A stretch of 64,000 nucleotides of DNA from an uncultured Methanosarcinales archaeon (GTDB lineage: Archaea > Nanobdellota > Nanobdellia > Woesearchaeales > GW2011-AR9), in NCBI GenBank assembly GCA_964498285.1, contig CAZCGN010000001.1:339033-403032 (forward strand), read 5' to 3'. The position numbers were made by a program, and so were the translations under genes. Below the pieces are notes generated by a model, which searched no databases, had not been told where the DNA came from, and saw only the letters and a program-made list of their open reading frames with translations. Positions 18,580 through 27,621 of the stretch are shown here, piece by piece. Within the stretch, counting starts at the first letter, position 1, and every line of letters starts with the position of its first letter.

Positions 18580-19442
18580 TCTTTGACCTCTCCAGACTCA
18601 GTAGCTTTCTTTGGTGAAGCTTCACTTTCAGATTCGGGCACTTTTTCTGATTCCTTTGAACTAGTATCTTGAACTGATTTTTCTTCTTCTACTTTTTCTA
18701 CAACTGGCTCTTTTTCCTTTTTCTGAACTGGAACCTTTGCAGCTTCTTTCTTCGAAGCAGTCTTCTTCTTTGTTGACTTTTTGCGTGTTGTCTTCTTTTT
18801 AGCAGGTTTCTTTTCAGGTGCAACTTCTTCAACAACTTGCACAGGTTCTTCTAATATTTCAATATTATCAGGCAAGACTAGATTACCAGGCATGATTCGT
18901 ACTTGGATTCCAATCACTCCAGACTTAAGTAAAGCTGATGCGTACGCAGTTTTTACCCCTACAACAGAGATGTCTCCACATTTCTTGAGGTAACCTTGAT
19001 AAAAACGCCAACTTTTTGCCCTTGATCCAGGTATTTTTCCAGAGATTTTAATCTCAACACCAATCGCTCCTGCGTCAAGGATATTTGCCATTGTTTTATG
19101 GCCAATTCCCTTAAACCGTTGCGAGCCAAACCGCTCAAGCGAACTTGCGATTCTTCCTGCAACAATGTCCGCATCAAGAAACATATTTTTTACTTCAACT
19201 ATTTCTATTTGAGGATTTTCAAGTTTAAAGTGAGACTTAAGATATCTTGTAAGCTCACGAATGTTTGAACCTTTTGAACCGACAATAATACTTGGCCGAC
19301 TTGTTACAATGACAATTTTTTCGCCCAAAGGAATCTTTTTAAGCGTGATTTGCGAAATCTCAGCGCCACGAAGCCTTCCTTCAATGTACTGACGAATGTA
19401 GTACTCTTTTGTTTTCTGTGCTATAAAATTTCGCTCAATCAT
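18576..19442 (-). CDS. rps3: Ribosomal protein uS3 with ~85-aa K/E-rich C-terminal tail
   Basis: KH domain IVTSRPSIIVGSKGSNIRELT and the uS3 C-terminal domain. Confidence 0.9.
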   Translation of the reverse strand: MIERNFIAQKTKEYYIRQYIEGRLRGAEISQITLKKIPLGEKIVIVTSRPSIIVGSKGSNIRELTRYLKSHFKLENPQIEIVEVKNMFLDADIVAGRIASSLERFGSQRFKGIGHKTMANILDAGAIGVEIKISGKIPGSRAKSWRFYQGYLKKCGDISVVGVKTAYASALLKSGVIGIQVRIMPGNLVLPDNIEILEEPVQVVEEVAPEKKPAKKKTTRKKSTKKKTASKKEAAKVPVQKKEKEPVVEKVEEEKSVQDTSSKESEKVPESESEASPKKATESGEVKE

Positions 19443-20092
19443 TTTGCTGTTTCCGCAGGCGCTGCTGCTGTTTTGTCAGTAGTATTATCTACTTTTTGAT
19501 CAGGAACCGGTTTTGCTTCTTTAGTAGGGGCAACCGTAGGTTTTTCTTCAGCTTCTTTTTTGGCTACTTCTTTTGGTGCCGCTGGCCTTTTCTCAGTTGG
19601 TTTTGCTTTAGGTTTTGCTGGCGCAGTCTTTTTTCCGGAAGCGTTCCGTGCCTTTTTTGGTTTTGGAGTATGTTCAACAACTTCTAATTCAACATGTGTC
19701 CTTTTTGTTGAAGTCCTTCTTCTACCGCCAGTCATTGGGCTTGCTGCCTTGTTTGCAATTGCTTTTGAAATTTTAAGTGAGCTTGTATCAAGTCCCAAAT
19801 CTTGAGCGTTCGCTTCAAGAGACTTGACAAGATTAAGCATTATCTTTGCTGCTTTTTGCGGGAACCTTCCTGCCGCCATTCCAGGCTTGTGACCCAGATC
19901 ACGATTAAAATGTTTGAAGGGGATTGCTTTTTTAAGACTAATTGTGTCTTCTAATGCCCTTTTTGCAACACTGGTTGTTTTGTATCTAATATGATGACAG
20001 ATCTCAATAGCTTGTTTTGTAGACATTGGAGCTGAAACTGCGCGTGCGCGGGCCGTATGTCCTGTTTTTTCTGCAAGCTTTGTTTTTGCCAT
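19439..20092 (-). CDS. rpl22: Ribosomal protein uL22 with ~85-aa K/P/A-rich C-terminal tail
   Basis: ARARAVSAPMSTKQAIEICHHIR core. Start set at MAKTK; the track ORF extends to 20161 and overlaps rps19. Confidence 0.9.
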   Translation of the reverse strand: MAKTKLAEKTGHTARARAVSAPMSTKQAIEICHHIRYKTTSVAKRALEDTISLKKAIPFKHFNRDLGHKPGMAAGRFPQKAAKIMLNLVKSLEANAQDLGLDTSSLKISKAIANKAASPMTGGRRRTSTKRTHVELEVVEHTPKPKKARNASGKKTAPAKPKAKPTEKRPAAPKEVAKKEAEEKPTVAPTKEAKPVPDQKVDNTTDKTAAAPAETAK

Positions 20093-20108
20093 TTTGTCTT
20101 TCTTGAAT

Positions 20109-20489
20109 TTAACGTGCTGAAACCGCCTTACTTGACCGCGTTGAACCAACGCCCGCTGCACTGTGTGAAACTACTTTACGACTTAACGCAAATTCGCCCA
20201 AGCAGTGACCAAGCATTTCAAGCGTCACAATAACCGGAACAAACTCTTTTCCAGTGTACACCTTAATTGTACTTCCAAGCATTTGAGGCACAATTACCAT
20301 ATTGCGCGAATGGGTTTTGATGTTAGTTTCATTTTTCTCTATTTTTTTCATAAGAGCTTTCTGATCAGTAGTAAGACCACGAACTAATGAGCGTCTTCTT
20401 CGTGCAGGGATGAGTTTTAAAAACGCATCAAGACTAAGTGCCTTTGCTTCTTGTTCACTAAGACCTTTCCAGGTTGTTTCTTTTGCCAT
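20109..20489 (-). CDS. rps19: Ribosomal protein uS19
   Basis: [34 protein letters not shown]. Confidence 0.9.
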   Translation of the reverse strand: MAKETTWKGLSEQEAKALSLDAFLKLIPARRRRSLVRGLTTDQKALMKKIEKNETNIKTHSRNMVIVPQMLGSTIKVYTGKEFVPVIVTLEMLGHCLGEFALSRKVVSHSAAGVGSTRSSKAVSAR

Positions 20490-20525
20490 TGTTTTTTGTA
20501 TCTTGTTGTGTATTCTATTATAACC

Positions 20526-21227
20526 CTATCGTTTTCTTCCCGTCCTTCGAGGTGCAATCTTTCCAACTTTTCTTCCAGGTGGAGCACTTCGCCTTGACTG
20601 CGTTGGTCTTCCTTTATGTCCAGATGAACTTCCACCGAATGGATGATCAACAGAGTTCATTGCAACCCCACTTACACGAGGATATAGTTTATTTCGAGCT
20701 TTATTTTTATAATAGGCAGTTCCTGCTTTTAGTATTGGCTTTTCACATCGGCCACCGCCCGCTACAACGCCTACTGCTGCGCGACAACCAAGGGAGAACA
20801 ACTTCTTCTTTTTTGAAGGTAGTTCAACACGTACGTGTTTGTCAGTTTTTGAAAGTACTCGCGCGAACGCACCAGATGATCGAACAAATTTCCCGCCATC
20901 ACCAGGTTTTGCTTCAACATTATATATTAGTGTTCCTTCAGGAAGGTCTGCTAATGTTGCAACACTTCCAGGAGCAAAAACATCCTTAGTTTGTCCAAGA
21001 GCATCTCCAACTTTAACACCTAAGGGAGCAATAGTTAATGCAAACTCCCCTTGTTCATTTTCAACAGCCATCAAAGGAGCACTATGGCCAGGACAGTTCA
21101 AAATATCAACAATTACTGCTTCACCGTTGGTTGTAGGATGTTTTGCTGCACCTTTAAACCTATGACTAGGTGAAACATATCTTCTTGTTCCTCGTCCACG
21201 CCGTTGTTGTATGAGTCGTTTTCCCAT
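20526..21227 (-). CDS. rpl2: Ribosomal protein uL2
   Basis: VRSSGAFARV, GVAMNSVDHPFGGSSSGHKGRP. Confidence 0.95.
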   Translation of the reverse strand: MGKRLIQQRRGRGTRRYVSPSHRFKGAAKHPTTNGEAVIVDILNCPGHSAPLMAVENEQGEFALTIAPLGVKVGDALGQTKDVFAPGSVATLADLPEGTLIYNVEAKPGDGGKFVRSSGAFARVLSKTDKHVRVELPSKKKKLFSLGCRAAVGVVAGGGRCEKPILKAGTAYYKNKARNKLYPRVSGVAMNSVDHPFGGSSSGHKGRPTQSRRSAPPGRKVGKIAPRRTGRKR

Positions 21228-21243
21228 TGTCGTTAGTTGTTAT

Positions 21244-21579
21244 TTATATGAATCCTAAATCCGCACTCACATCTGATGCCAAAAAGTTCGGCCCTAATGT
21301 GACATACGCTTTTTTATACCCTTGCACACAGTTTTGTACATTCACACCACGTACTTTAACCTTGAACAGTTCTTCAACTGCGCGTTTAACATCTTTTTTT
21401 GTTGCACGTGAATGAACGCGAAACACAAGAGTGTTGTTAAACTCAATTAAACGGATACACTTTTCTGTTGCAAGTGGCGCTTTAATTATTTGATAGGGAT
21501 CAAACGAAGCTTCAGCTACACGGTTTGCAGAACTCTTTTCTTCTCCTGCCTTTTTTGCTACCTTTGTTTCGTTTGCCAT
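21244..21579 (-). CDS. rpl23: Ribosomal protein uL23
   Basis: IIKAPLATEKCIRLIEFNNTLVFRV and cluster position. Confidence 0.9.
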   Translation of the reverse strand: MANETKVAKKAGEEKSSANRVAEASFDPYQIIKAPLATEKCIRLIEFNNTLVFRVHSRATKKDVKRAVEELFKVKVRGVNVQNCVQGYKKAYVTLGPNFLASDVSADLGFI

Positions 21580-21588
21580 TGTGTAGTA

Positions 21589-22395
21589 TTACATGAATAG
21601 TTTTTTTTCAGTTAGTTGCGTTAAAGCAGCTTTGCTCCATAACGTTGCTCGTCCAGCAAGAGCGCCAGGCGCGAGCAATTCTGTGTTGATTGCGTGTACT
21701 GCAACAACATCAACACCAGGAATGTTTTGTGCAGCCTTAATGAGTGGAGCTTCTTGTGAAACAACAATCAGAACTCCTTTTTTCGTTTTATATTTTCGGC
21801 CACGCATTTTTCCTTTTCCAGCCCGTACTTTTTTGATGCTTGACCTTGCAAGTTCATCAGTAAATCCAAGGCCCTTAAGAGCAGCAATAACTTCTTTAGT
21901 TGTCTTAAGTGATTCAAAATCAGACGATAAAATAAAAGGATATTGTTCAGGAACTTTATGTCCACGCGAACTTACAAGAACTTTATCTACAGTTGCCGCC
22001 ATTGCAGAACGAATTGCTTTTCTATTTTCTTTTTTGTTGATTTTTTTAGCCCAAATCTTTTCTGCTTTTGGAGCGTGCGACCTTCTTCCGCCAACAGTTT
22101 GAGGAGAAAACGCGCCAACCCAGTGAAAACGAGTTCCACGCCGCGAATGAATTTTACGATTAACACGAGAAATGCCAAACCCATAACATCCCCGATACTT
22201 TCGTCTTCGCTTACTAAGCTTTGAAGAATGACGCTTTCCTGCTTGAGGATCAGCGCCATACACTTGGCGTGCAGTACTCCACAATACATGGACTGCTCGC
22301 TTGATTAAATTCGGGTGGTAGCTTTCTGAAAACTGAACAGGCAGATCGCAAGACCCAGATTTCAAGTTTGCATTGTTTCGTATATCGAGTTTCAT
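21589..22395 (-). CDS. rpl4: Ribosomal protein uL4
   Basis: Archaeal uL4/L1e-like sequence in the cluster position between uL3 and uL23. Confidence 0.9.
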   Translation of the reverse strand: MKLDIRNNANLKSGSCDLPVQFSESYHPNLIKRAVHVLWSTARQVYGADPQAGKRHSSKLSKRRRKYRGCYGFGISRVNRKIHSRRGTRFHWVGAFSPQTVGGRRSHAPKAEKIWAKKINKKENRKAIRSAMAATVDKVLVSSRGHKVPEQYPFILSSDFESLKTTKEVIAALKGLGFTDELARSSIKKVRAGKGKMRGRKYKTKKGVLIVVSQEAPLIKAAQNIPGVDVVAVHAINTELLAPGALAGRATLWSKAALTQLTEKKLFM

Positions 22396-22406
22396 TGAGC
22401 CATACC

Positions 22407-23387
22407 TTATATTGAAATAAATGTCACTTCCGGTGCGCCACTAAACACGCCCGAGTTTTTTGTTCGCCTTATTGCCTGTGTCAACAATACCGGCGCTTTC
22501 ATTGGTCCCGCAACTGAACCTTTAATGAGAACAAAGTGGTTTTTGATAAGACCATAGCGTGGAAGTCCACCTTTCTTATTAACCCTATCAACTTCGTCTC
22601 CTTGTAAGATGATTTGTTTGTTATATTCTGTTCGCTGGTGATATCCCATTTTACCAGGTTGTGCCACACGATAATCGACACGCTTAGGAGTCCATGCCCC
22701 CATGTTTGCAACTTTTCGTTGACCTTTCTCAGCCTTGTGGGAAACCATCGAAACACCATATCGCTTAACAACACCCTGGAAACCTTTTCCTTTAGTTACC
22801 GCCCGCGCATCAACCATAGTGCCACTCTCAAAAACCTCGTTGAGTTTAAGCTCTTTACCAAGATGTTCTTTAACGAATGTTAACTGGTCTTCTTTTGTGC
22901 CACCAAGCGCAATTTCAATAAGTTGCGACTTTTTAGCACCAGTTGTTGTTTTTGAAGGATTAGATGCTACAAGTAATCGCACATAATCAAAAGAATCAGC
23001 CGAATCTTTGAGCAGAACTTGTTTTTTTGCAAGTGAAATTGAACGAGAAAGGTGTTTTTTCATATCTTTAGAAATTTCATGTGAAAGGGTGGTTGCAACT
23101 TTTCGCGCACCCACATTTGTTTTTTTGTAATATGTTGCCCCAAGAACAAACATTGGAGGACAATCAAAAATTGTGACCGGAACAGAAATCTTCTCACCTT
23201 TTGTTGCTGATTTTGCTCGATTATCAACGACCATCACGTGAGTCATTCCTGCTTTAAAGGCAACAAACCCTAATGGTTTTGGTTTTGCTTCTTCTGCCCA
23301 AGAGCGCACTCTAACAAAACTATGTCTGGACCGCTTTCTGGGCCAAAACTGCATGCTTCCTCTTCGTGGATTGTGTGCTTTTGCCAT
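22407..23387 (-). CDS. rpl3: Ribosomal protein uL3
   Basis: MAKAHNPRRGSMQFWPRKRS start matches the archaeal uL3 N-terminus. The track ORF extends 40 codons further, to 23507. Confidence 0.9.
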   Translation of the reverse strand: MAKAHNPRRGSMQFWPRKRSRHSFVRVRSWAEEAKPKPLGFVAFKAGMTHVMVVDNRAKSATKGEKISVPVTIFDCPPMFVLGATYYKKTNVGARKVATTLSHEISKDMKKHLSRSISLAKKQVLLKDSADSFDYVRLLVASNPSKTTTGAKKSQLIEIALGGTKEDQLTFVKEHLGKELKLNEVFESGTMVDARAVTKGKGFQGVVKRYGVSMVSHKAEKGQRKVANMGAWTPKRVDYRVAQPGKMGYHQRTEYNKQIILQGDEVDRVNKKGGLPRYGLIKNHFVLIKGSVAGPMKAPVLLTQAIRRTKNSGVFSGAPEVTFISI

Positions 23388-23560
23388 TGATTCACTTTTT
23401 CTTAAATGCGTATAACAACCTCTTTCTGATGGACACCAAAAGAATCTTAAGGTGTGCACCTTTGCAGGCCAACGTTGTTTCATACGTATTTGGGTACCTG
23501 GCGGCATCCAGTATACATATGAGTCGCTTTAAGCTGATATTGCCTTGGGACCGCGGTTTG

Positions 23561-23568
23561 TTTATAAA
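23561..23568 (-). promoter_or_regulatory. Candidate TATA box for the r-protein operon
   Basis: TTTATAAA (self-complementary) about 175 nt upstream of the uL3 ATG. This would imply a 5' leader of about 150 nt. Confidence 0.3.
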
Positions 23569-23596
23569 GGTTGCGGTGGTAAAGTGGAGGTTTCAC

Positions 23597-23627
<31 letters not shown>

Positions 23628-23655
23628 GCTCTTGTAGAAATGACAATTGTAAGGT

Positions 23656-24969
23656 TTAAAAACCACCAAGGACTTTCTGAACAGCTTTGCCATACCAAAA
23701 ACCACCCACAAAAGCTCGATCTACTGGCTCTTTTGTTGGACAGATTCTAATGTAACTTGCCCCTTGTTCAATTTCTGCCCGGTGAGTATCATTGCCTTGT
23801 TCAAAATCGACTAATTTTCCTTCAGCCCCCACCATCCAATCAAGACCGCTCGTTACACGAACATCTGCTATTTCTAAGGCTGCAGCCTTGACCTTTGAAG
23901 AAACAATTGGCCCAGAACCTTCAAACATATGAATCAGAATGGGCATTCCATCAAAAGCATTCCAGAACTGACCGTAAGGCTCGTTTGTACCAAAGCTCCG
24001 ACCATAACCCGCAATAAAAGCATTTGTCCTGGCAATAAGTGTCTCTTGCACTGTGTAATTGTGAATCTGTTCATCTAGTTCGCGCGTTACAACTGCCGCT
24101 ATTGAAGCGCAACCCTTACACTCGTCTTCAAAAGATTGACCAAGATCAATCTTAAGTCGTTTAGGTACGAGTGTCCAGGTAGCACCAAGACCTCTTGCGC
24201 CAAACCGTTTAGAGGTTGTCTCAACAATGATCCCTCCACTTGAATACCTTGAAGCAGAATGCATCCTGCCCTGCCCCTGGAGTCCTCGAAATACATCATC
24301 AAAAATTAAGGAAAACTTACTTCCTCCATCCGAGAGTTCATCAAGTCGTTCAATGTGTTCCCTGGTAAAACGATACGGCAGAGGATTTGAAGGATCTACT
24401 AACAAAACCGCAGCAAGTTTTGAAGTTACTTCATCGTTTTCAAGTGCATAAACTAGCTCATCTGCAGTGCACGCACTAATTGCTACAGACCCTGCGCCAG
24501 GGATTTTTCCTACAACAGAATCAAAAATCCATGCAGGAGATGCAAACCCCACAAGTGGCTTTTCTGTCGTAACTCTTGCTTCTAATATTCTTGAAATAGC
24601 CCCACGAGCACCGTCTGTGCTTGTATGAACATCGTACAGAGAAAGATCAAGATCAGTTTCTCTCCCAACAATTTCCCGAGCAACGTCCTCTAAGTTGAAT
24701 GCTGCACGCGCATTGCAACCTTCTTGCGCCACTAGATTCATTTTAAAAAGTGATTCAAGTTCTGCAAGATCTCTGCCGAACGGAAGAAAACCAACATTGG
24801 CATCCAAAAAGTTGTAGCCAGTTGATGGACCAATTAGACTGCCATAAGTCAAATGAGGACCAGCACGAAGATCAAGAATTTCAAGCCTTCGTCGCCTTTG
24901 CTCTGCTTGGAGTAATGCTTTGAAATCTAAGTCCCCCAGAATAGCATCTATTTCGTTACGGTCTGCCAT
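23656..24969 (-). CDS. PLP-dependent aminotransferase fold-type I-like protein (divergent)
   Basis: Class I/II aminotransferase landmarks in order: LLVDPSNPLPY (NPxNPTG-like), LIFDDVFRG (DEvY-like), ETTSKRFGARGLG (SKxFg..G.R.G, PLP lysine). Confidence 0.6.
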   Translation of the reverse strand: MADRNEIDAILGDLDFKALLQAEQRRRRLEILDLRAGPHLTYGSLIGPSTGYNFLDANVGFLPFGRDLAELESLFKMNLVAQEGCNARAAFNLEDVAREIVGRETDLDLSLYDVHTSTDGARGAISRILEARVTTEKPLVGFASPAWIFDSVVGKIPGAGSVAISACTADELVYALENDEVTSKLAAVLLVDPSNPLPYRFTREHIERLDELSDGGSKFSLIFDDVFRGLQGQGRMHSASRYSSGGIIVETTSKRFGARGLGATWTLVPKRLKIDLGQSFEDECKGCASIAAVVTRELDEQIHNYTVQETLIARTNAFIAGYGRSFGTNEPYGQFWNAFDGMPILIHMFEGSGPIVSSKVKAAALEIADVRVTSGLDWMVGAEGKLVDFEQGNDTHRAEIEQGASYIRICPTKEPVDRAFVGGFWYGKAVQKVLGGF

Positions 24970-24974
24970 TTTAC

Positions 24975-26183
24975 TTAGTAGTGCTGATTGTGTAATATCT
25001 CCCCCATTATCTTAACGCCTGCTTTGATTCTAGCAGGACTTAGTCTTCCCACAGTTAAGCGAACTTTGTCACAAACCGCAAGAGACGTTTCCGCACTTAC
25101 TTGGAAACCCTGTGGGAAAAATCCACCTACTGGAAGAAGATTTACTCCTTCATAAGCACATACTTCTTCAAGAGAATTTGCATCACAAGTAACACCATAG
25201 GGAGTTATTTGAGCTATACTCGTTAAGTGTGTTGCAGAGGGCCTATTAAGTATTACCCCAGAAGGGATGTGCTGTTCAAAAGAATCATCTAGGACACCAT
25301 TGCGATGAGCAAGTTCTTCTATTGCTGGTTTTGAAGCATAGTCAAGAGCAAGTTTAAGAAGACCGCCAGCTATACGAAGTCCCCCTTCTCCATTAGAACA
25401 TTGTGCCAGTTTCTTCCCAATCTTTTTCCGGTTTGCACTAGTTGGAACAAGAACATAGGAATTATTATAGAAAGGACCATCCCCAAATCTTTTTGACATA
25501 CCCTCAATAACATAAGGAGCACTAAAAAATCGTCCGATTGAATCTCTTTCACCAATAGGTTGAACACCCCTGTTTACCTCATCAATAACAACTGTAACTC
25601 CATGTCGAAGCGCAATTCTATCAAGTTCTTTACAAACATCTTCAGTTAAACTATATCCCATCGGAACCGTGGGATTCGTAAGTAAAAGAGTTCCTACACG
25701 AGTATTTGGCGCTATTTTCTCAAAACCGTCCACTATTTGTTCAGGCGTTATTGCCTCAAAAAACTCCCAATTATAACTCCCACCCCCATTTCTCTGCCAA
25801 AAGTACCAATTTGGAACAGGTAAAGCAACAGTATTTTTCCAGATTCCTGAAAGAGCTTGAAGCGCAGAATCTACTGCAATCCTCGTTGGAACAGGACTAA
25901 AAATAATTCGGCCAGGTTCAACACCACTTAAAGTTGTCTCTTCTTGAAGAAGACTTACAAGAAGATCATCCGCTAAAGGAAAGTCAGATGGGTCGAGTTC
26001 TGATGGACTCAACCAACCATCGTTAAAATGACCTAAAGATTCAAGATAATCATCAATCTTATCCCCCGGGATTGGAGCCTCTGCATTAAACACAAAGTGG
26101 GCAGACCCAAAATCAAACCGTGGCTCCCCTGAACTAAAAAATAATTGAATCAGACTACTTAAATCAAGATATCTTTCAACCAT
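24975..26183 (-). CDS. PLP-dependent aminotransferase fold-type I-like protein (divergent paralogue)
   Basis: LLLTNPTVPMGY, VVIDEVNRG, GMSKRFGDG. Start set at the ATG preceded by AAAGGGGTGA (SD-like). The track begins at a GTG at 26189. Confidence 0.6.
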   Translation of the reverse strand: MVERYLDLSSLIQLFFSSGEPRFDFGSAHFVFNAEAPIPGDKIDDYLESLGHFNDGWLSPSELDPSDFPLADDLLVSLLQEETTLSGVEPGRIIFSPVPTRIAVDSALQALSGIWKNTVALPVPNWYFWQRNGGGSYNWEFFEAITPEQIVDGFEKIAPNTRVGTLLLTNPTVPMGYSLTEDVCKELDRIALRHGVTVVIDEVNRGVQPIGERDSIGRFFSAPYVIEGMSKRFGDGPFYNNSYVLVPTSANRKKIGKKLAQCSNGEGGLRIAGGLLKLALDYASKPAIEELAHRNGVLDDSFEQHIPSGVILNRPSATHLTSIAQITPYGVTCDANSLEEVCAYEGVNLLPVGGFFPQGFQVSAETSLAVCDKVRLTVGRLSPARIKAGVKIMGEILHNQHY

Positions 26184-26237
26184 AGTCACCCCTTTTAAGT
26201 AGTACTTATAAACCTTTCTTAAAATGTTAAGGTAATT

Positions 26238-26480
26238 CTACACCCCTTTCTCTTGAACAACTTTAACAGTTCTTTCAACATCCGGGCCTTTCTTGAAGAA
26301 ATCTTTCGGATCAAACTTATTGAGCGGCACTTCTTCCCAATTTTCTTTTCCGCACGAGCAAGAGAACACAACGTAATGCCTCTCTTTTTCCCATACTGAC
26401 TGCGCTTCATTTTTTCCAACAACAGCAGAACAATAATGGCATGAAAAATTAATATCGATTGGAGAGTTAGATTCTATCAA
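26238..26480 (-). CDS. Small putative zinc-ribbon protein (non-ATG TTG start, no internal Met)
   Basis: CHYC ... CSC cysteine pairs about 25 residues apart. Same strand as, and immediately upstream of, the two aminotransferase-like genes. Confidence 0.4.
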   Translation of the reverse strand: MIESNSPIDINFSCHYCSAVVGKNEAQSVWEKERHYVVFSCSCGKENWEEVPLNKFDPKDFFKKGPDVERTVKVVQEKGV

Positions 26481-26515
26481 TTATAATCACTTATTTTTCT
26501 GGCTCAAGAGGAATC

Positions 26516-26523
26516 TTTAAATA
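26516..26523 (+). promoter_or_regulatory. Candidate TATA box of nop5 (near-leaderless)
   Basis: TTTAAATA centred about 26 nt upstream of the ATG at 26546. Confidence 0.45.
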
Positions 26524-26545
26524 CTTTACTCTTTGAGAGATTTTT

Positions 26546-27490
26546 ATGGATTATATCTACTCAAACATTCTTGGAACATTCATTTTTGATAAAGATTTCT
26601 CGTTAGTTGCCGAAAAACGGTTCAAAACTATTGAGGAGTACAAACAGAAAGAAAAGACAGAAAAAGTGCTTCTTAAAAAATTCAAAAAGGCAGTCGTGCC
26701 AAGTCTTAAAGAACTTAAAGAGATCTTACCATTTTTCAAAGAAGAAGAGTTTAGGACAGCGTTCCACAAAAGAAATGTTTCTCTAACAAAAGAAGACATT
26801 AAACAATCGGGCGGAGTTGATGTTACCATCTTCCAAACTATTACCTCTATCCAAGAGCTTGATAAAACAACAAACATGCTCTCAAAAAAGTTGCGGCATT
26901 GGTATAACCACTATCTTCCAGAACTTGATAAAGATGTAGGAGACCATGAACGATATGCAGAACTCGTGGCTACAAAAACCAAAAAAGAACTTCAAAAAGA
27001 GCTCACAAAATATGGTGAGAGTATGGGCTCAGACCTTTCCTCAAAAGATCAAAAAGAGATCCAACATCTAGCAAAAAAAGTGGTCGAGCTATTCAATGTG
27101 CGAAAAGAGTATGAGGAATATTTGGGCACAGTTATGAAAGAGTATTGCCCAAATATTGCTGCATTAGCAGGTGTGATGATTGCAGCAAAACTGTTAGAAC
27201 ATACGCGAACTCTAAGGAGACTAGCTTTGCTTCCAGCATCAACTATTCAATTGCTCGGGGCAGAAAAGGCCCTATTCAGGCATCTTAAAACTGGCTCTCC
27301 TTCACCAAAACATGGTGTTATTATTACTCACCCATATGTTGCGCAAGCACGCAGGCGAGATAAGGGACAAGCAGCGCGCCTTTTAGCAGGTAAAATTTCT
27401 ATTGCAGCAAGAGTTGATTTCTTTAAAGGCAAATTCATTGCAGACAAATTAAAGAAAGAAATTGAAGAGAAGCTTAATTTTAAGAGATAA
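26546..27490 (+). CDS. nop5: Nop5 (Nop56/58) C/D box sRNP core protein, compact 314-aa form
   Basis: Nop domain LPASTIQLLGAEKALFRHLKTGSPSPKHGVIITHPYV ... ARLLAGKISIAARVD. Confidence 0.85.
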   Translation: MDYIYSNILGTFIFDKDFSLVAEKRFKTIEEYKQKEKTEKVLLKKFKKAVVPSLKELKEILPFFKEEEFRTAFHKRNVSLTKEDIKQSGGVDVTIFQTITSIQELDKTTNMLSKKLRHWYNHYLPELDKDVGDHERYAELVATKTKKELQKELTKYGESMGSDLSSKDQKEIQHLAKKVVELFNVRKEYEEYLGTVMKEYCPNIAALAGVMIAAKLLEHTRTLRRLALLPASTIQLLGAEKALFRHLKTGSPSPKHGVIITHPYVAQARRRDKGQAARLLAGKISIAARVDFFKGKFIADKLKKEIEEKLNFKR

Positions 27491-27621
27491 TTCTAGAGAG
27501 AAAAGTTAGGAATCTATGCACGCTCATCAGTTACTACCGTATCCTATAAGGAAGGATTGGTGTTCACATAATCATCGCATGTTGCATTTCCACTAGACAT
27601 CTTACGAAATCTATTATTTAC

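Noticed and set aside
23388-23507. N-terminal extensions of track ORFs (uL3 to 23507, uL22 to 20161, TrpRS to 45861, DnaG from 58822, PheT to 3391)
   Set aside because: Conserved protein N-termini begin at internal Met codons. The extensions overlap upstream genes or promoters and are not protein-like.
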